Shown: in pieces, positions 1 through 14,400 of the stretch
Layout of the letters: the number at the start of each line of letters is the position of its first letter
How positions within the stretch are numbered: the stretch's first letter is position 1
From: Lytechinus pictus
Taxonomy: Eukaryota
Direction: 5' to 3'
DNA length: 64,000 nucleotides
NCBI RefSeq assembly: GCF_037042905.1
Contig: NC_087250.1
Span: 1,984,001 to 2,048,000 of the forward strand
Notes under the pieces: generated by a model
Database searches by the model: none
What the model saw: only the letters and a program-made list of their open reading frames with translations
Told to the model about the DNA's origin: nothing
Program-made: the position numbers and the translations under genes

Positions 1-336
1 ATCAATCGCCTCATCAGCTCCATGAGACAGCGCTGTGAAGCCGTTATTGCTGCAGGAGGTGGTCACACTCGTTACTGAACTGCCTGAAAGACACTCAGAC
101 ATTCGTTTTTACCACTTCATGTCGGTAGCTGATACCCCTCGGGGCCCACTTTTCAGGATGTGCAGTGATGCGAGAGACATTGTGCAACAACTGAAACCAC
201 CCATGCGTGAAATTGATTACAGCGTGTTTAAGGACATTTAGGACAGTTGTACTGAGGTATTTCCAGAAATAAAACACCTTGTATAAAATCTTTATGTACG
301 TTTTAAAAAGTGGTCCTTAACTTTTTTTGAGTAGTG
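1..336 (+). mobile_element. 3' end of a Tc1-like DNA transposon (continues left of window)
   Basis: Frame 1, nt 1-78 reads INRLISSMRQRCEAVIAAGGGHTRY*, a typical Tc1 transposase C-terminus; ends ...CCTTAACTTTTTTTGAGTAGTG followed by TA (337-338). Confidence 0.85.
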
Positions 337-599
337 TATATCACAAGGTGGTTTTATGAACCAGTTTGGAAGATTGCTTCAACTGTTCTCATTACAGCTT
401 AAACTAGTTTCCGTTAAACTAGTTTCCATTAAACTAGTTTCCAGAAGGTAGTGAGAATGGTGTCACACTTAACTCTTTGTGAAACAACTCTCTGATGAAA
501 CTTACCATTTTGTTTAGCATTATCAAATGAAGGACCAGTAAACTGACCCGATTCATTTTGTTTTTTATGATCGAATGAAGGACCAGTGAACTGACCAGA

Positions 600-1033
600 T
601 CCAGTCGTAAGATATTTAGCAGATCGTTAAAATTAATGCTACTGGAAGAATATAATTAATTTGGGATGGTAAAATACTGCCTGAAAACAAATAATTCTAT
701 ATAAAGATTTTGTGAATAATTAAGATATTTTTTTCTTGTAAATAGTGTAAATATGTTCACTTAAAATTATCGAAATTTTCTGCAACATTAATAACTAGAA
801 TTAGTATTGAATTTGATGTACAATATTGAGATTTAGTTACATGTAGATTTATTGTTTAAACTACATGTATGATAATGATATTATTTGGGGCTAACCTCGA
901 TTAGCATCTTGCTATTATGTTAGCTCCAATTACCAAATGTTTTGTTTATACATGTATGTGATGTACTATTCCTTGTAATTGTACCTAACAGTGATATTTG
1001 GTAATAAATTCAATTCAATTCAATTCAATTCAA
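600..1033 (+). mobile_element. Probable 5'-truncated non-LTR retroelement 3' end inserted in the 49-bp array
   Basis: AT-rich segment with hairpin GGGGCTAAC...GTTAGCTCC (~887-928), then AATAAA and an (ATTCA)n tail; interrupts array copies. Confidence 0.5.
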
Positions 1034-4000
1034 TTTTGTTTTGTATGATAAAATGAAGGACCAATGAAAGTTACCCGCTTCATTTTGTTTTGTATGATCG
1101 TATGAAGGACCAATGAAACTTATACCCACTTCATTTTGTTTTGTATGATCGTATGAAGGACCAATGAAACTTACCTGCTTCATTTTGTTTTGTATGATCT
1201 TAAGAAGGACCAATGAAAGTTACCCGCTTCATTTTGTTTTGTATGATCGTACGAAGGACCAATGAAACTTACCCGCTTCATTTTGTTTTGTATGATCGTA
1301 CGAAGGACCAGTGAAACTTACCCGCTTCATTTTGTTTTGTATGATCGTACGAAGGACCAATGAAACTTACCCGCTTCATTTTGTTTTGTATGATCGTATG
1401 AAGGACCAATGAAAGTTACCCGCTTCATTTTGTTTTGTATGATCGTATGAAGGACCAATGAAACTTACCCGCTTCATTTTGTTTTGTATGATCTTAAGAA
1501 GGACCAATGAAAGTTACCAGCTTCATTTTGTTTTGTATGATCGTACGAAGGACCAATGAAACTTACCCGCTTCATTTTGTTTTGTATGATCTTAAGAAGG
1601 ACCAATGAAAGTTACCCGCTTCATTTTGTTTTGTATGATCGTACGAAGGACCAGTGAAACTTACCCGCTTCATTTTGTTTTGTATGATCGTACGAAGGAC
1701 CAATGAACTTAGCCGCTTCATTTTGTTTTGTATGATCTTAAGAAGGACCAATGAAACTTACCCGCTTCATTTTGTTTTGTATGATTAAGAAGGACCAATG
1801 AAACTTACCCGCTTCATTTTGTTTTGTATGATCGTACGAAGGACCAGTGAAACTTACCTGCTTCATTTTGTTTTGTATGATCGTACGAAGGACCAATGAA
1901 ACTTACCTGCTTCATTTTGTTTTGTATGATCTTAAGAAGGACCAATGAAACTTACCCGCTTCATTTTGTTTTGTATGATCTTAAGAAGGACCAATGAAAC
2001 TTACCCGCTTCATTTTGTTTTGTATGATCGTATGAAGGACCAATGAAACTTACCCGCTTCATTTTGTTTTGTATGATCGTACGAAGGACCAATGAACTTA
2101 GCCGCTTCATTTTGTTTTGTATGATCGTATGAAGGACCAATGAAACTTACCCGCTTCATTTTGTTTTGTATGATCTTAAGAAGGACCAGTGAAACTTACC
2201 CGCTTCATTTTGTTTTGTATGATCGTACGAAGGACCAATGAAACTTACCTGCTTCATTTTGTTTTGTATGATCTTAAGAAGGACCAATGAAAGTTACCAG
2301 CTTCATTTTGTTTTGTATGATCGTACGAAGGACCAATGAAAGTTACCCGCTTCATTTTGTTTTGTATGATCGTACGAAGGACCAGTGAAACTTACCCGCT
2401 TCATTTTGTTTTGTATGATCGTACGAAGGACCAGTGAAACTTACCCGCTTCATTTTGTTTTGTATGATCTTAAGAAGGACCAATGAAACTTACCCGCTTC
2501 ATTTTGTTTTGTATGATCGTACGAAGGACCAGTGAAACTTACCCGCTTCATTTTGTTTTGTATGATCGTACGAAGGACCAGTGAAACTTACCCGCTTCAT
2601 TTTGTTTTGTATGATCGTACGAAGGACCAGTGAAACTTACCCGCTTCATTTTGTTTTGTATGATCGTACGAAGGACCAGTGAAACTTACCCGCTTCATTT
2701 TGTTTTGTATGATCGTACGAAGGACCAGTGAAACTTACCCGCTTCATTTTGTTTTGTATGATCGTATGAAGGACCAATGAAACTTACCCGCTTCATTTTG
2801 TTTTGTATGATCGTACGAAGGACCAGTGAAACTTACCCGCTTCATTTTGTTTTGTATGATCGTACGAAGGACCAGTGAAACTTACCCGCTTCATTTTGTT
2901 TTGTATGATCGTATGAAGGACCAATGAAACTTACCCGCTTCATTTTGTTTTGTATGATCGTACGAAGGACCAATGAAACTTACCTGCTTCATTTTGTTTT
3001 GTATGATCGTACGAAGGACCAGTGAAACTTACCCGCTTCATTTTGTTTTGTATGATCGTATGAAGGACCAATGAAACTTACCCGCTTCATTTTGTTTTGT
3101 ATGATCGTACGAAGGACCAATGAAACTTACCTGCTTCATTTTGTTTTGTATGATCGTACGAAGGACCAGTGAAACTTACCCGCTTCATTTTGTTTTGTAT
3201 GATCGTACGAAGGACCAGTGAAACTTACCCGCTTCATTTTGTTTTGTATGATCGTATGAAGGACCAATGAAACTTACCCGCTTCATTTTGTTTTGTATGA
3301 TCGTACGAAGGACCAATGAAACTTACCCGCTTCATTTTGTTTTGTATGATCGTACGAAGGACCAGTGAAACTTACCCGCTTCATTTTGTTTTGTATGATC
3401 TTAAGAAGGACCAATGAAACTTACCTGCTTCATTTTGTTTTGTATGATCGTACGAAGGACCAATGAAACTTACCCGCTTCATTTTGTTTTGTATGATCGT
3501 ACGAAGGACCAGTGAAACTTACCCGCTTCATTTTGTTTTGTATGATCGTACGAAGGACCAGTGAAACTTACCCGCTTCATTTTGTTTTGTATGATCGTAC
3601 GAAGGACCAGTGAAACTTACCCGCTTCATTTTGTTTTGTATGATCGTACGAAGGACCAGTGAAACTTACCCGCTTCATTTTGTTTTGTATGATCGTATGA
3701 AGGACCAATGAAACTTACCCGCTTCATTTTGTTTTGTATGATCGTACGAAGGACCAATGAAACTTACCCGCTTCATTTTGTTTTGTATGATCGTACGAAG
3801 GACCAGTGAAACTTACCCGCTTCATTTTGTTTTGTATGATCGTATGAAGGACCAATGAAACTTACCCGCTTCATTTTGTTTTGTATGATCGTACGAAGGA
3901 CCAGTGAAACTTACCCGCTTCATTTTGTTTTGTATGATCGTATGAAGGACCAATGAAACTTACCCGCTTCATTTTGTTTTGTATGATCGTACGAAGGACC

Positions 4001-5370
4001 AGTGAAACTTACCCGCTTCATTTTGTTTTGTATGATCGTACGAAGGACCAGTGAAACTTACCCGCTTCATTTTGTTTTGTATGATCGTATGAAGGACCAA
4101 TGAAAGTTACCCGCTTCATTTTGTTTTGTATGATCTTAAGAAGGACCAATGAACTTAGCCGCTTCATTTTGTTTTGTATGATCGTACGAAGGACCAATGA
4201 AACTTACCCGCTTCATTTTGTTTTGTATGATCGTACGAAGGACCAGTGAAACTTACCTGCTTCATTTTGTTTTGTATGATCTTAAGAAGGACCAGTGAAA
4301 CTTACCCGCTTCATTTTGTTTTGTATGATCGTACGAAGGACCAGTGAAACTTACCCGCTTCATTTTGTTTTGTATGATCGTATGAAGGACCAATGAAACT
4401 TACCCGCTTCATTTTGTTTTGTATGATCGTACGAAGGACCAGTGAAACTTACCCGCTTCATTTTGTTTTGTATGATCGTATGAAGGACCAATGAAACTTA
4501 CCCGCTTCATTTTGTTTTGTATGATCGTACGAAGGACCAGTGAAACTTACCCGCTTCATTTTGTTTTGTATGATCGTACGAAGGACCAGTGAAACTTACC
4601 CGCTTCATTTTGTTTTGTATGATCGTACGAAGGACCAGTGAAACTTACCCGCTTCATTTTGTTTTGTATGATCGTACGAAGGACCAGTGAAACTTACCCG
4701 CTTCATTTTGTTTTGTATGATCTTAAGAAGGACCAGTGAAACTTACCCGCTTCATTTTGTTTTGTATGATCGTACGAAGGACCAATGAAACTTACCCGCT
4801 TCATTTTGTTTTGTATGATCGTACGAAGGACCAATGAACTTAGCCGCTTCATTTTGTTTTGTATGATCGTACGAAGGACCAGTGAAACTTACCTGCTTCA
4901 TTTTGTTTTGTATGATCGTACGAAGGACCAATGAAACTTACCCGCTTCATTTTGTTTTGTATGATCGTACGAAGGACCAGTGAAAGTTACCCGCTTCATT
5001 TTGTTTTGTATGATCGTACGAAGGACCAGTGAAAGTTACCCGCTTCATTTTGTTTTGTATGATCGTACGAAGGACCAGTGAAAGTTACCCGCTTCATTTT
5101 GTTTTGTATGATCGTACGAAGGACCAATGAAAGTTACCCGCTTCATTTTGTTTTGTATGATCGTACGAAGGACCAATGAAACTTACCTGCTTCATTTTGT
5201 TTTGTATGATCTTATGAAGGACCAATGAAACTTACCTGCTTCATTTTGTTTTGTATGATCGTATGAAGGACCAATGAAAGTTACCCGCTTCATTTTGTTT
5301 TGTATGATCGTACGAAGGACCAATGAAACTTACCTGCTTCATTTTGTTTTGTATGATCGTATGAAGGACC
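1033..5370 (-). repeat. 49-bp minisatellite, ~88 copies; unit = last 37 nt of exon 5334-5471 + first 12 nt of intron (contains the 5' splice site)
   Basis: Minus-strand unit GGTCCTTCGTACGATCATACAAAACAAAATGAAGCGG|GTAAGTTTCA(T/C)T; further degenerate copies at ~495-600. Confidence 0.97.
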
Positions 5371-5471
5371 GGTGGAAGGTGTCGCTGCTTCCCCCCTCCA
5401 TCTCACCCAATCAAAATCATCTCCATTAGAGTTCACCCATCCACACCAGCTGCTTTCGAAATCACAGTCAA
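5334..5471 (-). CDS. MAM O exon 1 (last exon in window)
   Basis: [45 protein letters not shown]; 138 nt, phase 1-1; donor GCAG|gtaagt. Confidence 0.9.
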
Positions 5472-8400
5472 CTACAAACAATTAAAGTAAGATAATTGTT
5501 ATTAATGGCCGAGTCAATTCCCTAATTGTATCTAGCAAAAGGCCGGAACAGGTACTCTGAATTTCACAATCAACTTACAAGTGTTAAGGCTCAAAAATTG
5601 TAATACTCATCCTTGCAGCAAGTTCACTAAATGTCATTAACTTTGGAATTCACAATCAACTGCCAAGTTTCAAGTTTAAGAAAGAAATGAAAAAGTTGAA
5701 GTTCTATCGAATGCTAAGTTCTCCCTGTCAAGTTCTCACTAATATAGAGTTCTCCTTAACATTCAGTTCTTCCTTATGTCAAATTCTTTCTAACGTAAAG
5801 TTCTTGCTATTTTCAAATTCACACAATCATCAAGTTCATTTATGTCAAATTCACCCTACGATTGAGTTCTCTCTATCTTCAACTGCACCCCTATGGTGAA
5901 GTTCTACCTCACATCAACTTCTTCTCTCAAGCTTACTCCACTGCCAGGTACATCTGTATTGCAAGTTCACTCAATGTCTGTATTAGCATCTCTCAAAATC
6001 ACAATAATTTATGAGAATTTAACAACAAATAATGAGAATTTATAAATAATTATCATAATTGAAGTTCCAAAAGGTAAAAAGCAGGTTCCCCTTAAATGGA
6101 CATACCCTCAATCTAATAGCGTCAAAATCTACTCTGTAACAATTAACTCCAAAGAATTTAAGGTTTAGAGAATATTCCAAAAATTAATTTAAAAAATAGT
6201 GAATAGAAAAGAAATAACAAATTGGCCTACTTTAAGATAATTTGCTCCTTTCATTCTTTTAAGGAAAAACTTTTCATAAAGAGTCTAAGGTTACTCACTA
6301 CATCGACCTGGTGTCATGGAAACCGAGTCTAAAGCAATATCACCTTCATCACCGTTGTAATAAGTACCAATGAATATCATCTCGTATCCGTTTTCAGTCA
6401 CCTCTACTTGCCCTGTTATCAGAAAAGTACATTTTTCATTCAATAATTGTATTGAAAAGTCCAAGTTTGATGGTAACATGAAGAGAGTGAATCTATGCTA
6501 GAGAATCAATATTCCTGTTTGCTGATGCATACATACAATTATGGATTAAAAAAGCATAAGCACAAATATGAAGAAAATTATGGAATTAATATCACATTTG
6601 AAGGTAACTCATTATAATGCAATAATTGATATTCATGTACATGTATAATATCTTGAACAGCACTAGCTTTAGACTTCTCATATGGCTCAAATCACCCGGG
6701 ATACAACAATATATTGTTACTGTAGTACCCACTAAGATAAGAAAAGATCAGATTAACTTTATCGACACCCTTTCTGGGTCTGAAAGTATAACCCACTAAA
6801 ATGATAAATAATGTTTTGTAAAAAAAATAGCAGAGAATACAATGATTGCCAAGAAACCAGATGTTTAGTACATGCTTCTAAGAATGTCATTTCTTTCAAA
6901 ATAAAGACTACAAATTCATTATGAGAAAGCTCACTTAATTTCTGCATGATTCATGAAAGGGCATATTTGTATGTATCAATACTGTCCTCATGAGTGTGGG
7001 CCAATGACAATAGTATCATTGGGTGATTTCAAGTTCAGTGTTGACCTTTTGGTGTTGGTGTTAGGTTAATTTTTACATGAGTACAACACTAAACATAAAA
7101 TGAAGATGGTCCTGAAAAGTCACTCACTGGTTGCTGAGATAACAATAATGTGATCTGGATCAGTTTTACAAACTCAGAATAGGTTTTGGAGCTAGGGGAA
7201 GCAATCCAAATTCCAACACTAACACCAACACCAACACCGGACTTGAAATCACCCAGTGTGTCTCTGAGCTACCTGGCTTCCACATCACATTTCATTGTGA
7301 CATTACGGCTAGTCATCATTAATACTCAACTCCTTTAAACCAAAATATAGAAAAAAATTCTTAACTCATGAATGCCGTATTTTTCTAAGTTAGTTCTGTT
7401 TTAGCATTTTTTTATGTTTACAACTGTTTGGGACTTGCCTTTGACAGGGCATTGGCCCTTGTCAAGTTCCACACATTTGTGTATCCTCTGTATTTTGTGT
7501 TATTCTATGTATAATCTGCCTATTTCATCATTTTAATTGTATGTATGGACTTTTTATGCAAATGTCATATAAAAATTGAATTGTAATACCAAGATTAAAC
7601 AATACTTAGCAACTCTTGTTAGCAGGATCTGGGATTTATCTAAGGGTGCAGGGGGAGGGGGCAGGGGACATGTTTATCTTACCTTCAATCCATTCATTGC
7701 CCTGGCTCCCATGGTATTGTGCTACGGTGATCTGAACAAAATCTTTGTTGCGGTACTACAGAGATATGAATAGGCAATACACATATATTTCATGAATTAA
7801 AGGGGAATCCAACCCAAATAAAAACTAACTTGTTTTTACAAGAAAGAGAAGAATCAGACAAGTTGATAGGTGAAAGTTTGAACAATATTGGACAAACAAC
7901 AAGAAAGTTATGAATTTTTAAAAGTTGTAAATATTGGTAATCACTATACCCATGGAGACTTCAAATTGGCCGCTTATGGGATGTCATAGTGATGTAAGGC
8001 AAGGACTACTCTTCTATGTACTCCAATACATATTATGGCTAAAATGTCATTTTTCCCAAAAGTTTTATTTCAAATTATATTTTCTTTCATAAGGACATAA
8101 AACAATATACTACCTGGGTTATATTTAGATTACTGCCCCAGGGGAATGGGTACTTAGGAGAAAACCACAAATCCCTGATAATAAAGTACATGGCCTATGG
8201 GAAAGTTGTCCTTGCCCCTTGTCATAATTTACTTACCCAGTCAAGATAAAATCACAATGTATTCTGAAGCAAAATATATAAATATATACAAAAAAGCATC
8301 TGATAAATCTTTCAATAGCTTTACCTGTTTATATCATTATAACATGTAATACACCAAACCCTATTTTTAGCATGTAGTATATTATGTTTCATATTATAAG

Positions 8401-11400
8401 AACGATGATGGCAATCACCTTTAAAAGAAGTGCTGTACCTGCCTTTCATTAGTTTAGACATTAACCCTTTGAACCCTGAATTATTAGGGGCGGTGGTGAC
8501 CTATACCCTGAATTATTTGCACAAATCGACCACTTGCACAAACTCCCATGATTCGAGATCCAACGGCATCTTCCCCCTGCTAGTACCCGGACCGAGCCGG
8601 CTGACGTTGTTTACCTTCTCGTAGACCTAGTCTACAAACAGAAATATCAACTTTAGTGTCTGTTTTGGGATCAAAATCACTGTTTTAACCAAAGTCAGAT
8701 ATACCAATTGCTTCCCCATAATAAACACGTGACTCACCGCGTATTACACCGTGTGTTACCGGACATACGACATGAGGAACCACAAAAAAAGGCATATTTG
8801 GGCCATTTTTTATGCTAAATCCTTCCAAAATCATTGCGAACCTTGACTGAAATTATCGACTAAATATTCCTACACGTACTAGAAAGATGACGTCATTTTG
8901 AAAAGATCACCTGACATTTAGCATCCATGTTTTGAAGTAACATGGCTGTAGGCCGGTATTCCGGCCTATCGGGTATTTGCGCGTTTACTGGTTGGCCAGT
9001 ATTCCGCCCTATCGGGTTCAAAGGGTTAAGAGTCGCTGCTATTTGTTAAAATCACATTAATTTAATAATTTTGGAAATTACATCTACACATTGTACACAA
9101 ATGAAACATTAAATAAAGTGAACACTGAAATACTCCAGTTTCAAAGATTTCAATAAATTGATAAAATACTGGCAATATCCAGAGAAGAAACAGGGCCCAA
9201 AATCTTAGCAAATTGATCATGGGGTTTATTTTTTAAGATCTTTCAAATATTTAATCACTCATAGAAATCAGCCCCATTACCAATAGCTAAACAGATGTGT
9301 TGGCTCAGTTGGTAGATCGTCCATCTTACAACTGGGAGGTTGGGAGTTCAAGCCCCGGTCGCATCAGACCAAAAGACGTTAAAGAAGGGAGTTGCTGTAA
9401 CCCTGTTTACGTTCAACGATTTGAGGGATAGAGATTTTATTTCAAGCGATAAAATATGGGTTTCCATACCAAGAAGAAAATTGAGTCTATTCCATTGTGT
9501 TGAAACATACAAAATACTTACTGCAACGGTAAAAGCTCCGGCATCTCGACCAAACATATGGTAGTAATACCTCCAACAGACCGTTTGGGTGGTTTCCATG
9601 GAAACATGAGGGCTTATAAGCTTTGCAGACTCGCCCAAACTATGTCTTCCAGATAACTCAGTGTACATGTAATGACCTGCAAAATATAAACCAAAGGAAA
9701 TATATAGAAAGAGACGGAACAATCAAAACTGTCATATACTGTACTGTATATCCTGAAGGAGTTGGTTCTCCAGAATAATTTGATACCATTTTCATATGGC
9801 ATATTTTTACGCTTAAATAATTGGGAGGTATTCTATGTTATGATGTGAAATTTTGATTTCCATCAAAGTAGGGCATGAATGCAATGAAAGAGTCCAAGTG
9901 TCCCTGAAGTCATAATTTGCTGTAAACATCATTGCAAAATACATTTTCAATCAAATAAATGGATTCAATACTAAAATGTGTTTATTAAACAATTATCAAC
10001 TTAACTTTTCAAAATATATTTTGCAATGGATTTTAGCACATTTAGTAAAACTAAGTGGTGGCAGAAACTAATCTGCTCTTAATCTCAACTTAAGAGAGCC
10101 TGACCTTACCAAAGCTTGTTCCGTATGTGACGTCAACAGAGGGTCCTGTGTATGAAGTGGGCGTGTCTCCAGACCAGAATGTCCAATCAAATTCATCGGT
10201 GATAGAGTCTTGAACGTAACCACAGATCTGTGGATCCTCAAACTCACAACTCAATGTTCCTATCAAATAAAAAACATGAAATAAAATCAACAATTTTTCC
10301 ACAATACAGATTTTGAAGAAAACAGAGTCTTCAGGCAAAATAAAAATTAATTACGAAAAATCCAACAAAGCAAGATTTTAATGTTTTATAATGCATATAT
10401 GTAAATTGTACTATTGCAAATATGATTCTCATAATCAAAACAAGTACAATTTGCATTTTTACATATGGGACAACTGAGGGAAATAAGAGAATTGAATTGA
10501 GTTGGATTGATATGAAAATCCAATAAACGGTGCACCAGATAATAATCTGCCAATCTGACCAAAATGAAACCAGTTCACAGAGTTGTTCTCATGTTTATCT
10601 ATTTTCTGCAGTGCTTGCATGTCTTTCTAACATAATATTCAACATGACTGTATCAAATGCTTTATACCTGTCAGAACTGAGCATAGCATTCTGAAATACT
10701 GTATGCCTCTAACTTTTTGTCAAGGTGCCCAAGATACCTACCAATTCAACATACATGCAGAATATATGTACAGTTAACAACAGAATTATTCATACCCCTA
10801 CTGAAATTTCAATGTTTCATGTTTTTCTGGAAAATGACAAGTGGATACAGAATATTTTGGCAGTAGTTGGATACCTTTACTTGAAAAGAAAAAATTCTGT
10901 ATGGGTTTTGTATAACCTCATTTGCATAACAAATATCGCACTGCTTTATTTGTATTTTGACTAGCTCAAAATTATTCATACCCTTTGTCAATAAAACTGT
11001 AAAGGCATTGTTAAATACTGTTTCACGTAAAATTAATCTGAACTGCATGGTCCTAAATGGTATCAGTGTCTGTGGTAAGGTGCAAAAATTGAGCTCTGAA
11101 AAAAATGTGCTTTAAAAACAACATTAAGTGCTTCAAAAGAGTAAAAATAGACAAGTGGCCAGAATGGCCCCGAACCACGATACTAATTTTCCCCATAGAC
11201 TACTCTGTTTATAGAAAAATGCACTGACTGCACCCTCGTCTTGAGGGTTTTCCACAGGATTTCAATGGGATTCGGGTCTGGGCTTTGGCTTGGCCATTGT
11301 AGCACCTCCACACTGATATCCTTAAATCATTATTTGACTGCCTTTGCAGTATGTTGAGGATCGTTGTTCTGTTGGAATGTCCAGTTGGGGTCGAGATGAA

Positions 11401-14400
11401 GATTTTCTGCAGACTACCTGATGTTGTCTTCCGGAATTTGGATGTACTGCTCCTTTTTCATGATGCCTTCTACTTTTACAAGATTGCCAAGCCCACTTGC
11501 AGAGAAACAGCCCCATAGCATGATGTTCCCACCACCACCAAACTTCACAGATGGCACAGTGTTCTTTGGGTTGAATGCATCGCTTTTCTTGCGCCAAACG
11601 AAGGAAACATCTTTGTGGCCAAAAAGTTCCACCTTTGTCTCATCTGTCCATAGAACTGATGACCAGAAATATTTATCCTTATCTCGGTGCTCTCTGGCAT
11701 ATGCAAGTCGAGCTTTACAATGCTTCTGAGTCAGGAGAAGGGTCTTCCATTGGGCGACAGCTGTGTAGTCCTTCCATGTGGAGTGTGCGGTGTATGGTCT
11801 GCAGTGAAACCTAGGTGCCCACCTGACCGAAGTTGTCCTGAAGAGACTTAACTGTTGTTCTAGGATTGCAAAGGGCCTCACGGCATACTTTCCTGGCCAC
11901 ACGAGGAGATATCTTCGACTGCCGCCTACGAGTGTCAACGTTTTACACTATTCTAAACTTCTTGTACTTTTGGACAATGGACTGTACAGTGGGGTACCGG
12001 TAATCTGAAGAGTTTGGAAATGGCTTTATAGTCTTTCCCATCTCTGTGGGCATTCACAATACTCATTGCGGAGGTCGTTGCAGGGTTCCTTAGTTTTCGC
12101 CATGATCATAACAGCTGAGGAAGATTCCATAATTGATTTTAACTTTATACTCTAGAACAATGGCATTCCATAACTCACCACCTTGGAAATTATTCAGACA
12201 GGCCAATACATCTTTGCATGTGAATAAAACAACATGCAGAAACATGCAGAAGGTCTGGAGCATGTGCATATCAGATTGATATGGCCAAATACCGTGCTTT
12301 AACAAAGGGTATGAATAATTTTGAGCTAGTCAAAATACAAATAAAGTTATTTCCTTTTTGTTATGCAAATGAGGTTATACAAAACCCATTCAGAATTTTT
12401 ACATTTCAGGTTAAGGTATCCAACTACGGCCAAAATATTCTGTGTCCATTTGTAGTTTTCCAGAAAAACATGAAATATTGAAATTTCAGTAGGGGTATGA
12501 ATAATTCTGTTGTTAACTGTATGTACGTTTTTATGAGATACACAGTATAGGAGTTCTTATTTCTTGGAGCATCATTGGTATACTTACTTTGGCAATCTCC
12601 TGAATACATGCTGATATCATCAATGGCTATATCACCCTCATAACCAGATACGACTCCTTGGAACACCAACTAATATACACATAGATATAGAAGAATGGGT
12701 CAAACTTAAATAAAATAGCCTTAACAAGTGGAATGACCCTGCCAGTCTCGCCTGCATTTCGTGATTCCATATAGCAGCCATGCTAATTTTAAAAACAGCT
12801 ATCAAATAATTATTCATTGACCCATAATGATCTTTGACCAAGATATAAGTTCAGTGATACTTGATTACCTTTATTTCCAAGTTTCATGAAATAGGTCCAT
12901 ATACTTTCTAAGTTATAATGACATTTCAAAAACTTAACCTTGGTTAAGATTTCGATATTGACATGGTCTAAGTTCACTGACCCTTAATGACCTTGGACCT
13001 TGGTCATGTGACCTGAAGCTCAGGCAGGATGTTTAGTAATACTTGTTTGCCCTTATATCCAGGTTTCATGAACTAGGTTCATATTCTAAGTTATGATGAC
13101 ATTTCAAAACTTTACCATTGGTTAAGATTTCAATGTTGTCAACGCTGCCACGGTTGGAAAAGCGATGCCTATAGTCTCGCTCTGCTATGCAGGCAAGACA
13201 AAAAATGGACATACTGAAGCTTTTCGAGTAAAATACCACAAATGAAAAGAATGCTAGAACAAAACAATATTTTGTTACATGCTAATGTGTCATGGTGTAG
13301 TGGTATTGCCTTGCAATCAAAGGGTCATTGGTTCAAATCCTCCTCCAGACTGTGATTTCCCATTGCAAGAAAAAGGTGCTGCACTCAACACAGGTGGTGT
13401 GAAACTATATTTTGACCACATCATCATGGAAATATCAGAATAGTAGGCCTAATGATTAGAAAGGTAAAAATTGCTTATGAATCGTTTGACTATTAAAACA
13501 ATTTACGACATACAGGAAAATAAATGTTGCCGACTCTAACTTGATTTCCAGATGGCTAAAGTTGCACCTACCCTGAACGACTCTGGTTCTCCAACGACTA
13601 GTGTCCCTGCCATCCACTGGTCACCCACTTGACCGCTCCGAGTCCACACAACTGACCCAATGTCTGATGGTTTAGCTGACTTACGAAGAGTGAGGACATT
13701 CAACGTCCCCACTTCACGTCCAAACATATGATACCAGAAATGAAGACATAGTCTTGTTGTGAGATCAATGAGTGGGCTGATGAGACGGGTTTCCATGTCT
13801 TGTAGATTAGGACTCGATGACTCCATGTACATATACCAACCCTCAGCTACAAGGAATTAGAAAAGTAAATCAAATGTTATCCTACGGATCTACATATAAC
13901 TTTACTAATGGAGCTGGCACACCTAAATTAGCCAGTGTATGCTGATATAACTGTAGGCCATAGCAAGCCATTCTTCATCCCATTTCTTGATGCAAAGAAT
14001 GACCTTTCTCTGACACAAATGATTCTTCATCAATTTGAATTGTTGGTATTCTCTGCTGTTAACAAATTGTTTTTTTAGATCATGCATGGTGGAATGCGTA
14101 ATATGAAAAAATGGGTATAAAGGGGAAAAGGGTTTGCCACACATTGGCATACATGTATGCTTGCTAATATGTACAGGTGTGACACCCCTTTTGGGTTCAA
14201 GTTAATCTGTTTTCATATAAATAAATATTTCATATCAATATCCAAGATTTATATTCATAAAAAAGGGAGTTACTTTGAAAAAATGTATTCAGATGAAATG
14301 TAAGTCAAAAGGAAATGCAAAAATGATTAAAAATTTCCAATTTGCATTATTCGAGAGGGATTTATCAAGAGAAAATTGTCCAAACAATGCGATTCTTTTT

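Noticed and set aside
35-277. Short ORFs 35-241 (+) and 95-277 (-)
   Set aside because: They overlap the Tc1 3' end in the wrong frame or strand; the meaningful frame is 1-78.
1033-5370. CRISPR-like array
   Set aside because: Head-to-tail units with no unique spacers, no cas genes, eukaryotic intron context, and the unit derives from the adjacent exon.
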